Positions 1 to 13,091 of a stretch of 64,000 nt of DNA are shown in pieces (position 1 is the stretch's first letter; each line of letters begins with the position of its first letter). Position numbers and translations under genes: made by a program. The stretch spans positions 158,356 through 222,355 of the forward strand of contig JAAOMT010000239.1 in NCBI GenBank assembly GCA_016748015.1, given 5' to 3'. The notes under the pieces were generated by a model. It searched no databases and was not told the DNA's origin. It was given only the letters and a program-made list of their open reading frames with translations. The DNA comes from Geosiphon pyriformis uo1. Its lineage: Eukaryota > Fungi > Glomeromycota.

Positions 1-1537
1 TGTGCTCTTTCAAAAAATGTTTGGCTTTTACTTTCGATGCGAGCTCTTCAAGCATGTGGCGCTTCTGCGGTACATAGCATCGGAGCTGGGACTATTAGCG
101 ATATTTATCCTAAATCAGGTAAATGAAATGCAAACAAATTTTTCAAAATTTTATTGAGAGAAATTTCTCATCAAATTCTTTTTTTATTTTTATTCATCAT
201 AATAAATTGCAGAGCGTGGGAAGTCCTTCGGGTTATTTTATATCGGACCATTGATTGGTAGGTATTTTATTCATTTTAAAGTGGTCAAGTTTTTGTAAAC
301 TCTAAAAATCTTTTCGATATTTGATCTTTCACAGGTCCCGTTCTCGGACCTATAATAGGGTACATGATAGTAACTCATGTTTGATTATTATGATTATGAG
401 GACCTCAAATTAATAATTCCTCAAACTTTTAATTTAGTGGCCAATTAAGTCACCATCTGGGATGGAGGTAAGTTACACACACTTATTAATAGTAATTTTT
501 TCACGATCAACAAAGAAATCATATATTGCATTGTTTTTCAGATCAATTTTTTGGTTTTTAACAATCATCGGGACTCTTATTGTCATAATCATCTATTTCT
601 TTCTCCCGGAAACATTTTATCGTCCATCTAACACCTTTGACGATTCTCTCCAATCCAAATTAACGAAAACAAAAATCAACGCTCATGAACCTCGAATAAA
701 ATTTAATCCTCTAAAACCATTATATCTTTTTCGCTATCCATTTGTCTCGATAATTGTTATTTATATAGGTTTAATATTCGGAACTCTATATTCACAAAAC
801 GTTCTCATTTCAACTAAATTTGCTCGACAATACAAACTCTCCACAGACCAAAAAGGATGGGTAATGCTTCCAAATGGTATTGGATACATGATTGGTTCGG
901 TATTTGGTGGTCGATATTCTGATTATATGCTTAAAAAAGCTGGAGCAGATAGTTGGCCAGAATTAAGGATTAAAAGTTCTTGGATTGGTGCTACAATTTT
1001 TCCAATTGGGATGATATCTTTTGGGTGGTTTGTTGAGAAGAATGCCCCTCTTGCTGTTCCTTTGGTCTGCATGTTTATTTGTAAGTTTAAATAAAGGGTG
1101 TCAAATTAAAAATTTAGGGTTTCAAAACTTGAAAATATAATTCCCACTCCATAAATTTATAATCCCATACTATTTCAAATTTCAAATTTCAAACCTCAAA
1201 TATTTTAGCAAGCCTAGGCACAATGCTTATCTTCTCGTCAACTTGCAGCTACCTGGTTGACGCATTTCCATCCCACAGTGCCTCAGCAATTGCGGCAAAC
1301 AACTTTACACGATATATGAGTGCGGCCATTATGACAATTTTGGCCGAGTCGATCGAAAGAAACCTTGGTCCGGGCATAAGTTTCTCATTATTATCTAGTT
1401 TTACGATTGTTAGTGGGTTGTTTTTAATTTTAGTGTATATTAATGGGCGTAAATGGAGGGAACAAATAACTAAAATTGTAATAATTGAGATAGACGAGAA
1501 AGAGAAAAATGATAGCAAGCGGGATCAGACAATTTGA
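1..1537 (+). CDS. MFS drug:H+ antiporter (DHA1 family, Qdr/Dtr1-like), 5' end outside window
   Basis: Hand-spliced GT-AG exons 1-118, 213-257, 335-359, 438-467, 542-1080, 1209-1537 give MRALQACGASAVHSIGAGTISDIYPKSERG...IGPVLGPIIGG...GWRSIFW...GGRYSD...PELR...YLVDAFPSHSASAIAANNFTRY, which are DHA1 motifs with multiple TM helices. Confidence 0.92.
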
Positions 1538-1900
1538 AAACTTTTTTATTTTTTTATTTAGAATATTGAATATTTTAAAACAAACAAAATTTTGAATTTA
1601 ACAACCTGCGAAATGGTGAAACGTCTGTTTGTTTTTCTGATTGGTGTGTGTTATCCAATATGTAGAGTTTGAAAAGTGATTCTGATTTCAGTAGATAATA
1701 AACACTTCATCAGAAAGAAACTTGCATCCCTCTTTAACTGAAATCGGAACCTTTTACATTAATGATTCCATCTGTTTTATAGACAAAAAATTAAGAAAAC
1801 AAAAGCTGATACTATGAGCAAAAATAAAGTGAACAAAATATTTCATCTTTACAACAAACAATTTTACATCCATAAAAATTTTACTTTCCGTCTTCTTCAA

Positions 1901-3152
1901 CTAAAACTTCATATTTTTGAAATTTTGAAGATGGTAACGATAGCATTGTTTAGGAGTTCTAGTACCAAGAGATTGAGAAATTTTTAACCAGTTTTTTCCC
2001 CATTTCAAAAAAGCTGCTTGGAAGGTTGCCATTTCTTTATCACTGAATGAACCACTATTGATACTCATTCGGTTTAAGCCTAAAATTGAAATAAAAATTA
2101 TATTAATCTAGCTTTTGGCAAAACAATAATTTGACGGAAATATTACCTGAGTCTTGTGAAGACTTTAATAAGCCTTTAAATTGCTTCGCTTTTTTTGTAC
2201 CAATACTTATAGGTATATTCTTCTGATTTTTTCCTATTAAATGGTGGGCTTTTGAAAAACTATTTTTTTCTTCATCACTCCAGTAATATTGATTCTCCTG
2301 CATATTTTTTGGATGCGAAGGATAAGTAGGATGAATTAGGGAACTAGAGCCTGCAACCTTTGGAATTGTGCTTCTTTTAAGAAAAAACTTTTTCATTATC
2401 TGCCAAAGAGGAAGCTTTTTCTGGCTATCAAGATTCAATTTTTCTTTTGCCGAGATCAAGCATTCCTTTCTTGCTTGTTCATTGTCTTTTGCTCCAACTA
2501 ATCTTGAAATTGGCATCCGATTACGAAAGGTAAATTTCTGAATGTCTTCTTTTAGTGATTTAGCCCAATATTTTTTGCACTCCTTCTGTTTGTTGATAGG
2601 TGCAGGTGGTTTTTCCAATGGTCTCCTGGCCATTTCAAACAGCTCATATTTTTCACACCATAGACATAGTTGAAGGGCAAAAAGTTGGCGAACAATATCT
2701 TCTCGTTCTTGCAAATCTTTTGCTTTCATATCTAAATTAATCACTATTCGTTTAATGATTGAATCGTTGAAAGTAAAACAAAAAAATGATCACATGAATT
2801 CTGAGTCACCAATTTCATCTTGCGATTCAAATTTGGCTAAAACCTCAAGCGATTCTAATATGAATTGTTCAGATCCATGATCATTTTCTATTGACATGTC
2901 TGTCGCAATCGACGCCAATAATGGTGGATTTCCGCTATCAATACTTGGATTGGTTCCATCACTTTTAGATAATAATTCTTTTCTCGTCCGTATCAAATTT
3001 TTAGACTTCTTAGAGGGGTGATGTGAAGCTATTGAAGCAAATGATTGAATGCTGCGTCCAAGTCCAATACCAGTTTTATATATTTTACATTGATAGCATA
3101 TGAGCTTAATAAAATTTATTTTAAATCCCAGGAGTGAAGAAATATTTTTCAT
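1901..3152 (-). CDS. Myb/SANT-repeat protein (paralog A), basic presequence-like N-terminus
   Basis: Exons 3152-2810, 2743-2147, 2079-1901 join in frame. One degenerate repeat (WSDEEKNSFSKAHHLIGKN) and one clear repeat (FSDKEMATFQAAFLKWGKNWLKISQSLGTRTPKQCYRYH), the latter in a last exon missed by the ORF track. Confidence 0.8.
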
Positions 3153-4806
3153 AGTTTACGATGTTAGATAAAATATTTGAAATTTAATAGGCTAATTGAG
3201 CTAAATGATTTCCCATGGGTAAATGATCCAATCAAATTTTTTAGACAGAGATCCTAACCTTATATATACATTTTTTACACAAGGGCGAAAACTAAAGTAC
3301 GTAAATATTTTTGTTTATCTTCGATAAAAGGGATCAATATGTAAAAATTATCACACTTTTCAGTGGCTCAAATAATAGTAACATTAATTAACCACACCAA
3401 ACTTTAGTAACGACGTTCTTTTTGTCAACTTCAACGTTTAGTCTAAAAAACAAGCATTATATAGTGTCAAAATTTTACTTTGAATTTTTAGACAAAGAAG
3501 AAATGACATGTACAAATACCTATTCACAGAATAATCCAGAGTAACGATATTATTTTCGGTAGTCAAGACACGAGTATTTGATGGCAATTGTGAGCGGCTA
3601 AAAAGCTAAACAAGGAAAAGATTATGATAGAACACATATTCGAAAGAAAAATTTTTAAAATTTTATTATTATCCTCATTACCTTTTCCTGAGAGACATTC
3701 TTAGGTGGGGTCTTTCCATTCTCAACAAATATTTTACCAATCAAAACGTTCCATTTTTGGCATTTGTTTTGCTTTAAAATTGTAGACATATCCTCTTTGA
3801 GCTTTTAATAAAATTTTATTGAATTGATAAATTTGCACAAGAAATGAATGCTTTTATAGGGATTCGAAAGTAAAAAAGAATATTCGTAGTAACGTCTTGT
3901 ATAACCAGATGGAAAACCGGAAAGTATAAAACTTTTATCATGACAATGGAGATTGTTCTCATGTGGTGATGATGATGCAGTTTGTCATAAGATTTTTGTT
4001 TATTAAGGTTTTATTTCAGTCGCTGCATGAAACTAAAACAAACTTGTTTGAGTGCTAAACCATTTTCCCAAGAAAGTTTGACGCTACTCAAGATTCCCAT
4101 TAGTAAAAAAATTTGTGATGAGTCAATTGTCCCCGAAATTTGTCAAAGAATTTAAAATTATTTGTGGGTAAACTCCTAAGAGATGAAACCGGGGTCTTTG
4201 GCTAAATTTCTGTTAATTTTAGAACCTTTCTAGTTAAAACCGTTGTTGTGTTACATAAGTTCATGAGACATTTTTTTCAATATTCGATCCTTCTGACCTT
4301 AATGCTTTAAAAAATTCGCTGGCCGAAATAACTGCGGATTTTCAAGTGATCCAACAATTTTCAATCATAATTGTGAACAGACGAAATTTATTATCGAATA
4401 GAAAATCGCAGGATAAAAAACCTATTGAATTTTAATGCTTCGTGAGCTGCTTCTACTATGTAATATTCCTTGTTGCATGCGTGTAGAAAATAGTTGGATC
4501 ACACTTTGTCAGAGCATTTAAATCATGAGATTTAAGAGAAATTTCCAAGCAAAAGTTTTCAGCCTTTTCCCATTCAGAATTTAGTGCTTCCATAACTTTC
4601 GTTTAAGTCAGCCGAACTTGACCACGTGTTGGAAATCAGGATGTTTAATTAATCAATTAGGTTTTCAATCTAAAGTGACTAATATAGTAACCCCTTACAT
4701 TGAGCTGATATTCTGAAGCCAATAGCTTCAGAAAATCTCATATTACCCTTTTTTAAATTAGGAAGCTTCAAATTTCTTTAGTTCGGCCTCATTCCAGATA
4801 CTTTGG

Positions 4807-5907
4807 TTAAATTTCATTTTTAGGCTTAACTAAAAAATTACGAGCATATTTTAAAATTTCGAGAAAAATTGCAAACCCATTATTAATCGAAAAAGATTAC
4901 CTTGATAATTCTGGAAAAAATATTTGCTACACTGCTTTGGTGTTTTTGAGCCAACAGCATAGGAAATTTGAACCCAATCCTTTCCTAACGATTTGTATGC
5001 TTTATGAAAATTTTCTTTCTCTCTCTCGTTCCAGGACCTGTTTATTCTTGCTGATTTCAGATCATAAACATAACGATTAATCACCGAGCCTTCAGTTCGC
5101 TTAAGAAGTTTTGAAATCATCGACCATTTCCGGCCTTCTTTTTCGACCATGTGATGCAAAAGATCAACTTCATCTTTGCTCCACTTGCCATGTTTTTCCG
5201 CCGAAATGACGTTCCATCGTCGCCTAGCATGGCAATTGGTTTTTGTTCCAATTAATTTGGAAATCATCACCCAATTTCCAACACCAAAATTTCGAACCCC
5301 TTGACGCAATAAATCATCTTCATTATTAGTCCAGGAACTCCGGTATTTTCTAAAGTTTTCCGTAGTTTTAGGAGGGTTGCTGGATATATTGTTAGGTTTT
5401 ATTTCAACGTCCACCAAACCCATTAACTGAAAGAACATTGACAATCTGCTATAATCTTCTTTTGTAAGCTTCACTGTCTTCGTTAATTCTAATTGTAATT
5501 CGAGATATTCAACCAATATAAACATATGAGTCTCAATCGTTTAACTATGATGGAATATATTCACCTTTTAAATTAGTTTCTTGCCCTCTATCAAGTGATC
5601 CTTGCTTATTTCTAATTGATTTCTTTAATCTTTTTGATTTGCAATCAAGCAAAAGTTTCGATAGAATCGAAGCAAATGATTCTTCTTTGACATAATCATC
5701 ATTTGCACTTTTCACCTTTGCAAAAAACTCATCCACTATTTCCCCATTTGATTTTTTGGATCTTGGGTCAAATTCTATGGGTAGATCTCGCACGATGGAA
5801 GCAAATGAGCGTATAATAGGTTGGTGATTTCCAAAGTGAGTGAAAAACTTATTATTAAGTAGATAGTTAAGCGGAAAACCTTCTAATGACCGGAAATACC
5901 GGTTCAT
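4807..5907 (-). CDS. Three-repeat Myb/SANT protein (paralog B), presequence-like N-terminus
   Basis: Exons 5907-5565, 5488-4901 and probably 4829-4807. Repeats WTNNEDDLLRQGVRNFGVGNW, WSKDEVDLLHHMVEKEGRKW and WNEREKENFHKAYKSLGKDW...KTPKQC. Confidence 0.85.
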
Positions 5908-8900
5908 TCCGATACAAATGATTTAATTTAGAATGATTAGAAATATGGTAAAGAGAAACCTTTTTTTGATGATGGTCGATATTCATGGCAAATCTTTTCA
6001 TATTTATCAGGAGTGAATTGCTATTTATAGATAGCAATGATTTATTGGTTGCAGAATGATCACCTTTAAATATATTTAAAATTAGATACAATATTTAATT
6101 GGGAAGTTAATTAAATAGTTATATTAATTGAAATAATTCAGATATCATTTGGGAAAACAATAATATTTAATTTTTATTTTATGACAAAAGAAGAATCCTA
6201 TGGATTTTCAAAGATGATATTTTATTTAAGCCTATTAATAATATATTAATTCGAAAACTTATCTTTAGTATAGTGAAAAATTGAACAACAAGCGTTATTA
6301 GAAAAATTTTGAGATCATTTTTTTAATATATTATCAAGTCAATTCTTAGATTCCCAAATTTTGTATTTAATTTATTCATTCATAAAATATTTTAAATGAT
6401 ATTGCAAATAAATTTTAGAAAATTAAGAAACATCAAAATCCAAGTATTTAAAATTATAAAGGCAATAAAAAGTGTAAATATAATATAATGAATTTATTCA
6501 ATTTTTTTTACATTGGAACTATTAATATATTCATTGGAAAAATAATTAATCATAAAAGCTTTTTATAACAAAATATGTTTAAAATATTAAAATTTGTTAA
6601 AATTATTTTTGTTTTTAAATTAGCATAAATATAAAAATATTACATTATTGGTAACTATGTAAGTTATAAAATGTATAATAAAATCATAAATATTTTTACC
6701 ATTAATCTTGACAGAAAATGATTTTCTGTAATGTAATTGGTTGAATGAATTTATCTTGATTGTTAAAAAAACTTTTTTTTTTTTTTACCAAATTTGTGCA
6801 CATCTGTCCAAAATCAAAATAAAAAGATGGTATAAGTTTTTACCACTTTCAAAGCACTTAAATAAATAATTTAAAATTTCAGTTTAGAATATTTAGCAGT
6901 ACCATTTATCATTACACGGTTATTTTATTTTATTAGGAATCTAGAAAAATTTAATCTCTTTCTATTTTTTGTCCAGTGACAATCAAAGCTGTTTGCTATA
7001 AGTGAACCATAACTTTTAATAAATTAGCAGATATCCTAATTCACTAATTTTCTCGGTTGGATGCCATATATTTAGTAAAAGGTTTAGATTTTTACGCCTT
7101 TATACTTTTTCTAGTTTAATTCATCTTTTTAAAAGAAGGAATAAGTTACTTTAATTTCATTTAAAATTCGTTTAATCATAGTTCAAAATTGTAGGGAATT
7201 TAATAAAAACAATAGAAATTAATATTAAAAACCAATATTAATTGATTTTCTTGGAAAACTTTTTCGATAACGATGTTTAGAAAAGTTTTCAACAAGGTAC
7301 TATACATGGTGATGAATGAGAATATTCATAATTTGATACAAATCTTTGTTTGCATATTCAGCCTCTGTTTTAGAATTCAAATCGGATCGAAAGAGAAATA
7401 TGCCAGCCTTTTTGCAATTCGATTCTGTTAAATTATTTTTAAAACTTTATCATATCGAAAAAACTTTAATCGAAATGAGAATTTTTGTATCAGCTCTATC
7501 AAAGAAGGATAGTTTTAATAATATATAATCTTGAAGAAATTCTGAAGCTTTTGTATAGACTATCTCTATACCTAAATTTAAGACCAAGATGCCCGTAAAA
7601 TTTTGCTGGATTCTCTAATTTTAGATATTTAAGATTATCTCTATTATCCAATTATGCTTTTTGACGTAGCCAAGACTTTATGATCCTACTCAAAATCCTA
7701 GAAACTTCTCACGGTGGTCTTGAAATTATAAAAATCTAGTTTGAATTTTAGTTACCATGGATATTCATCTGCAAACATAAATTTATTAGTTTTGGTTTTT
7801 TGATTAATTAGTTTTTTATGGAAACTTTCAATATTCTCTAAAAAAAAAATTTTTCTCCTAAAAGAGAAATATTCATTTTTCTTAAAAAGAATTTTCTCAA
7901 CATGCTTATTGCTTATCTTTTTTGAGGCTGGCGTATGGCCATAGATTGTGAATCATGACCCTATAGCTGTCTATAAAATGGAAACCTAGATCCGCTTCTA
8001 ATTTGGGTTTAGTTTAACCTGAAAAAAAATTATAAATAGGAAAGTTTAATCTATTTAGATCAATGCCGAATATATTGTGTATGTCATAGATCAACCGGTC
8101 ATTATTGAATTCTAAAATAGGTAAAAAGTAGCATTTTTTCTCCTCCGTTCGAAAAGGTAAACTTCTGAATATGACCAACCTCTGTTAAATGAGCTACCTT
8201 TAATTTTATTTTTGAAAAGATGTTATTATTAATAAAATGTTCAAAATTCAGAGTAAATTTTATTACTTTGAATATATAATAATAACTAAAACTTTCCGCT
8301 TTGTAATTTAAAATTATATCTTGAAAAAGTACCAATTCTTAAAAATAATGCCTCCTAGACTTGATCAATACCTGATTTATAATTTTCAAGATACAATCAA
8401 ACAATAATTGAAACCTAATCGAAGATTTTTAAAAGAAAATTGATAATATTTGAAAAGTATTACATACTAATATTGTATATTTACTGTGTAGTTAGAAGGG
8501 ACAAACAATTACTAGTAAAAAAAATAAGGTTTACAAGCTCTTGAGAATAATTTTATTTGTTTTTTTTAAAAAATTCTTACTTAATTATCTTATCTTACAG
8601 CTAAATTCCTAAATTTTTTTGGTCATAAACAAACGATGGCATGTATGAAGATGAATTGATGTTTTTCTAAGAGTATCACAACTTTTTCCATCAGCAAAAT
8701 ACATCAGCTTTACTTTTATGAGAAATAATTCTTGTTCCACAATTTTTACAACCATTATTCATTGATTTTTTGTGATTAATAACGTATAATGGTGATTCAA
8801 AGACAAAGAAAACAAATCATTTATTATCTCATTAATTACCTAATTAATGATTTAGCGATTGATATATTTAACGAATTTAAAAAGGTTTTCTATTATGTGT

Positions 8901-9534
8901 CATCAATGATTTGTAACAAATTTTTAGGAATATTCTATCTGCCTTTCAGCTTGGGGTCGATGGTTGGAAAGATTATTTTTCTTTTAGAAAAAACATAAAT
9001 GCTTTTTGATTAGTTGATCAAATAACAAATGATTCTGAGAATTTGTCTTTGGTAAGAACAATAGTAATTTTCAAGAAATCTAGTTTTTCGCTATCAAACT
9101 TTTGTGCATTCATCGATGTAATACTAATCGAATGAGAATACGTTTAATATTTCTTATCTTCTTCAAAAAAGTAGCGCAAACCTAATAAAAAAATTTAAAA
9201 AGATAATTTATATTCAATTTAAATTTCCTAAAACAATATTGAACTCCCATGCTATAAACAACAAAAGGACCCAAATTGGTTCATGAAACTGAAGTTCAAT
9301 GCTCCTTCTTGTTAATATTTTATGATCTGTACTAAAAATTATATAGTAGCTACTTTTACTTTGCAGAAAATCACAAGATTCTTAACCATTGTGGAGATAA
9401 ACCTGGTGAAGACTTGTTTTGCGATCAAGAATTGCATAAATTTTAATTGGAAGATAAGAAGATTAATTAATACATTGGAAAAAAAAAACAAATATTTTTC
9501 ACTCCATCCCTAGTACAGGTTATCCTTCCAATGA

Positions 9535-9591
9535 GAGAGAGAGAAAGAAAGAGAAAGAAAGAAAGAAAGATGGAAAGAAAGAAAGAGAGAA
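9535..9591 (+). repeat. (GA)n/(GAAA)n purine microsatellite
   Basis: gagagagagagaaagaaagagaaagaaagaaagaaag... read directly. Confidence 0.85.
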
Positions 9592-11564
9592 ATTTAGTAA
9601 TCAAATATTGTTATTTAATTGTTTTGTAGCCTATCACCCATATTTAATATATTAAGCTTCTGTTGTTATGTTTTAATTGTTTGTTTCTATATTGAAGACT
9701 AAAAACTTTTGAATAAATTATACCTATAAAATACCGGTTGTTATAATTATTTTTATATCTATTTTAAAAAGCCTGGGACCGTTTAAAAATATCCTAAAGT
9801 TCCTTACTAAGCAATCTTTTGATCCATATTTAAAAATCCAAATTTCCGAATCAAGTCCATATGTTTGAATTTTATTCAAGCACAAGAAATTCTTTAATCA
9901 AGATTGGAAGCGAACTTAGAGTTTGTTTTGACATTCTGCTTTTATTAAACAATGATCCGTTATTTATTTCCTTTTAGAAAAGATTGCTACTTATAATACC
10001 AGGTAAAATTCTGTTTAGATGATCATATTTTAATTAAGATCTACTTATAATATATTTGTTAATCTTTTCAGGGGTTTTAAAACCGGAATTTGTCTTCTAT
10101 TGAAATCAAAGTACACTTTGCAATCTAGCATTATTAATTCTTTGTGAATTAGACAAATTTGAATTTACAAGTCCAAAGTTAGTGCTGCAAAAACCGCAAT
10201 TTATGAATAAACTTATTGAATACAATAGCAATCATATCATAACAGATATAACTCAGAATCGCTATTTTTTATAGATAGTAGCAAACCTATTCCGAAGCAA
10301 CTGAAGATTGGTTCTTGACCATAATAAATATGCTTGATGTGATTATAATTTTTTATTTGTATATTATATACTTTCTAAACGCAAAAATTTTTAACAAAAA
10401 GCTTTAATTTTTGGAGATTTTAGATATATTTTAAAAACCAACTTGGATAGATTTTCCATATTAAATAAGGAAAGCTCAATTAATTTAGTTATCTTTAATT
10501 CGATATTTAATATTTTACAACAACGGGTATAATTTGCTTGGTAAAAACAATTTACACCACTTCTTGGCAACCTCCACAGGTGATGCTGATCAAATTTTAC
10601 CTTGTACTGTATTATAAACAAACACAAATCTTTAGTGTGGAAAGGGAAAGATAGAGGATTGTGATTGCACTAATAATTTTTAATTAAGTGGGAAAATAAT
10701 TATTGATTAGTTGACTCAAGTAACTAAAATAAATTTCAATTTCAATCAAAACCAAACAACTAAGCAGAAAACAATACTAATAACAATAAAAAATTTAAAT
10801 CAATCACCTGAAAGAAAACCAATACTAATCTTTCAAGAAAAAAAGCAACCAAATGACTGATCAAACTTCAATAATAAAAGAATTTTTTTTAATTATTATA
10901 GCAAAAAGACAATTTTTTTTTTAAAAAAAAACAATTTAAATAACAAATAAAATATGTACTATAATTATAAATTAATTATTTAATTTAAGAAATATTTATT
11001 TGTGATAATTTATTACACTATTTAAAAATTAGTTATAGTTATTGAAAAAAGAACGTAAAAACTTTTTAATTAATTAATTAAAAATTATATTATATTTATG
11101 GTTTATTATTTTTATTATTATAAAAAAAATATTTTTAGATAATTAATAAAAAATTTATTTTAATTTTTAAATCCCATTTTTTTTTAAATTATTATAATTA
11201 TTTATAATTTTTACAATTGATCATAATTATAAAAATTAATAATTTTAATTTTTTATAAATTTTAAAGCTCAAATTATTTATTTATTTACTTTACTATAAT
11301 AATAAGCACCAATATTTAAAATAAACATACATTATTAAGTTTTGGTTTTTTCAATGTTGTACAATTGAAAAATTTATTAATTTTAGTTTATGTCTTTGTT
11401 AATTAAATTAAATTGTATCAAAAAGTATTTTAACTTGTATTTAACCTTTAAAAAATTTAATTATCAATCTGATTATGCATAAAAGATGACTTGTTTATTA
11501 TTTTAGCAATTTTTATCTTAAAAAAACCAAAATAAAGAATTTTCAATAAAATAAATTATATCAA

Positions 11565-12430
11565 CAAACCATATTGAAAAATCAATTATTTGAGCAGTTA
11601 AAAAAAGATTTGTACAAGTTACTCCTGGATAAATATTTGCCAGAGATTTGGGTGAAAACTTTTGTCTCTCTTTAAGTTTTAAAATGTTTTTTAGGGGCTG
11701 AATAATTTTTCTGAAAATTTTGTTGCCCCGTCATTCTTAAACATTTCTCTAGCAGTAGGACAATTTTATGGATCGGTATCTCAACACCTTTAATTAGCCT
11801 CACATAGCAAGGTGGAAAAAGAGGGAAAGTAATTCCAGATTTGTGGCCATTTAAAATATTCATCACGAGAAGGTGATTATGAGAATAATCATGAAAGGGA
11901 GGCATCCATGTTGCCAATTCACATAATAGCATGGCAAAACTTAAGATATCACCAGCCGTCATAAACTTTCTCCTCTTAAAACTTCTGATAGAATGTATAG
12001 ATAGACTCCATATATTTACTTTTTCCCTGTTACCTTTGCTGTTATTATAAATCCAAGGTCAGCAATTTTTGCTAGAGAAGTTAGTAGGATGTTGCCCCGA
12101 ATATAGATCACTAATTCAATATAAAATGACAAAATGCTTCGCAAACTCCATATTCGAGTGTGCTAGCGTTTTGTGTACTCGCGTACATTTTAAAGATATA
12201 AAATAGGTATTCAAAGTCATTAGTAGTATTTAAATAAGGAGATGAATATAATAATAATAATAATTGTTTATATATTATTTCTTTAAAGATATCTTCATAA
12301 ATTTTATTGCTAATTCCTGTTCCCAATTACATGATGTTTTATTAATTAATCCATCAATTACTGTTGCTCGATAATTTTGTACCCAAATCCTCTTGTTGAT
12401 ATTCGACAAACTCTCCATTTAATCAACCAT
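11565..12430 (-). pseudogene. Decayed TKL kinase paralog
   Basis: Reverse complement matches the intact kinases (TAGDILSFAMLLCELAT..PPFHDYSHN, TQNASTLEYG, the LTAQ..DFS tail, the same intron) but has frameshifts, stops and internal deletions. Confidence 0.85.
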
Positions 12431-12960
12431 GGTAATTCAATTTCAAAATTATTTTATTTTAAAAGATACTCCTTCTTTAAGTATATAAAGAAATCCCAAA
12501 ATTTTTATTCCAAGTATAAACATTATCGGGTTTACTTATTAATAGAATAAACTTTTTCTAGTAAATCTCCAAAGTCATTGCTAGTGACTTTAAAGAGATT
12601 TAAAGGAAATATTCATCTTATCAGCTATGATGAAATTCATAATGCTATATATCCCTTTTTAATGATTAAAGAAATAGAAATTAAAGATTATTTACTTTGT
12701 TTTTACACGTTGAATCCACCTATATATTTGATCCTTGTGTTAATTTTGCCATTTAAAATAAGAAATTAATAGGTGCAATAAAAATATATTATGCATGTAA
12801 TAGTTTTTAAATCATGCTAAAATTTAAAAAGTTTTTTTTTCACAGATCTATAAAAACGCTGAAAATAAAACCCTTGACAAAACATATTTAGTAATAAAGG
12901 TATATAAGCAGAAAAACTTGTTTGGCGTTTTTTGTGTACTATAATTTGATTCGTTAAACT

Positions 12961-13035
12961 ATGTCCACATTGAGGGACAGTATAAATACAAACTCCGCCT
13001 TTTAAAATGTTCCTTTCTAAACATAATATAAATAT
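12961..13035 (+). promoter_or_regulatory. Conserved core promoter of kinase paralogs, with TATA-like element (TATAAATA)
   Basis: cacattgagggacagtataaatacaaactcc...aacataatat is nearly identical to 39767-39832 upstream of kinase 2, about 100 nt before each ATG. Confidence 0.55.
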
Positions 13036-13091
13036 AATCTTTCAAATAGCCTCTTCCCATAAGATTATATTCAATTTCATCCACACAAACC

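Noticed and set aside
468-485. Peptide VSYTHL in ORF 462..1094, identical to the classic Nextera contaminant translation
   Set aside because: The DNA is gtaagttacacacactta, an intron donor region, not CTGTCTCTTATACACATCT; the match is coincidental.
3780-4660. Possible ncRNA (TGATGA/CTGA boxes, GGATTCGAA) between the Myb genes
   Set aside because: No tRNA cloverleaf, terminal stems or rRNA-complementary guide could be identified.
5867-6091. 74-aa ORF overlapping the start of Myb paralog B
   Set aside because: No recognisable domain and a different frame. It could be a uORF or old 5' extension but is unsupported.
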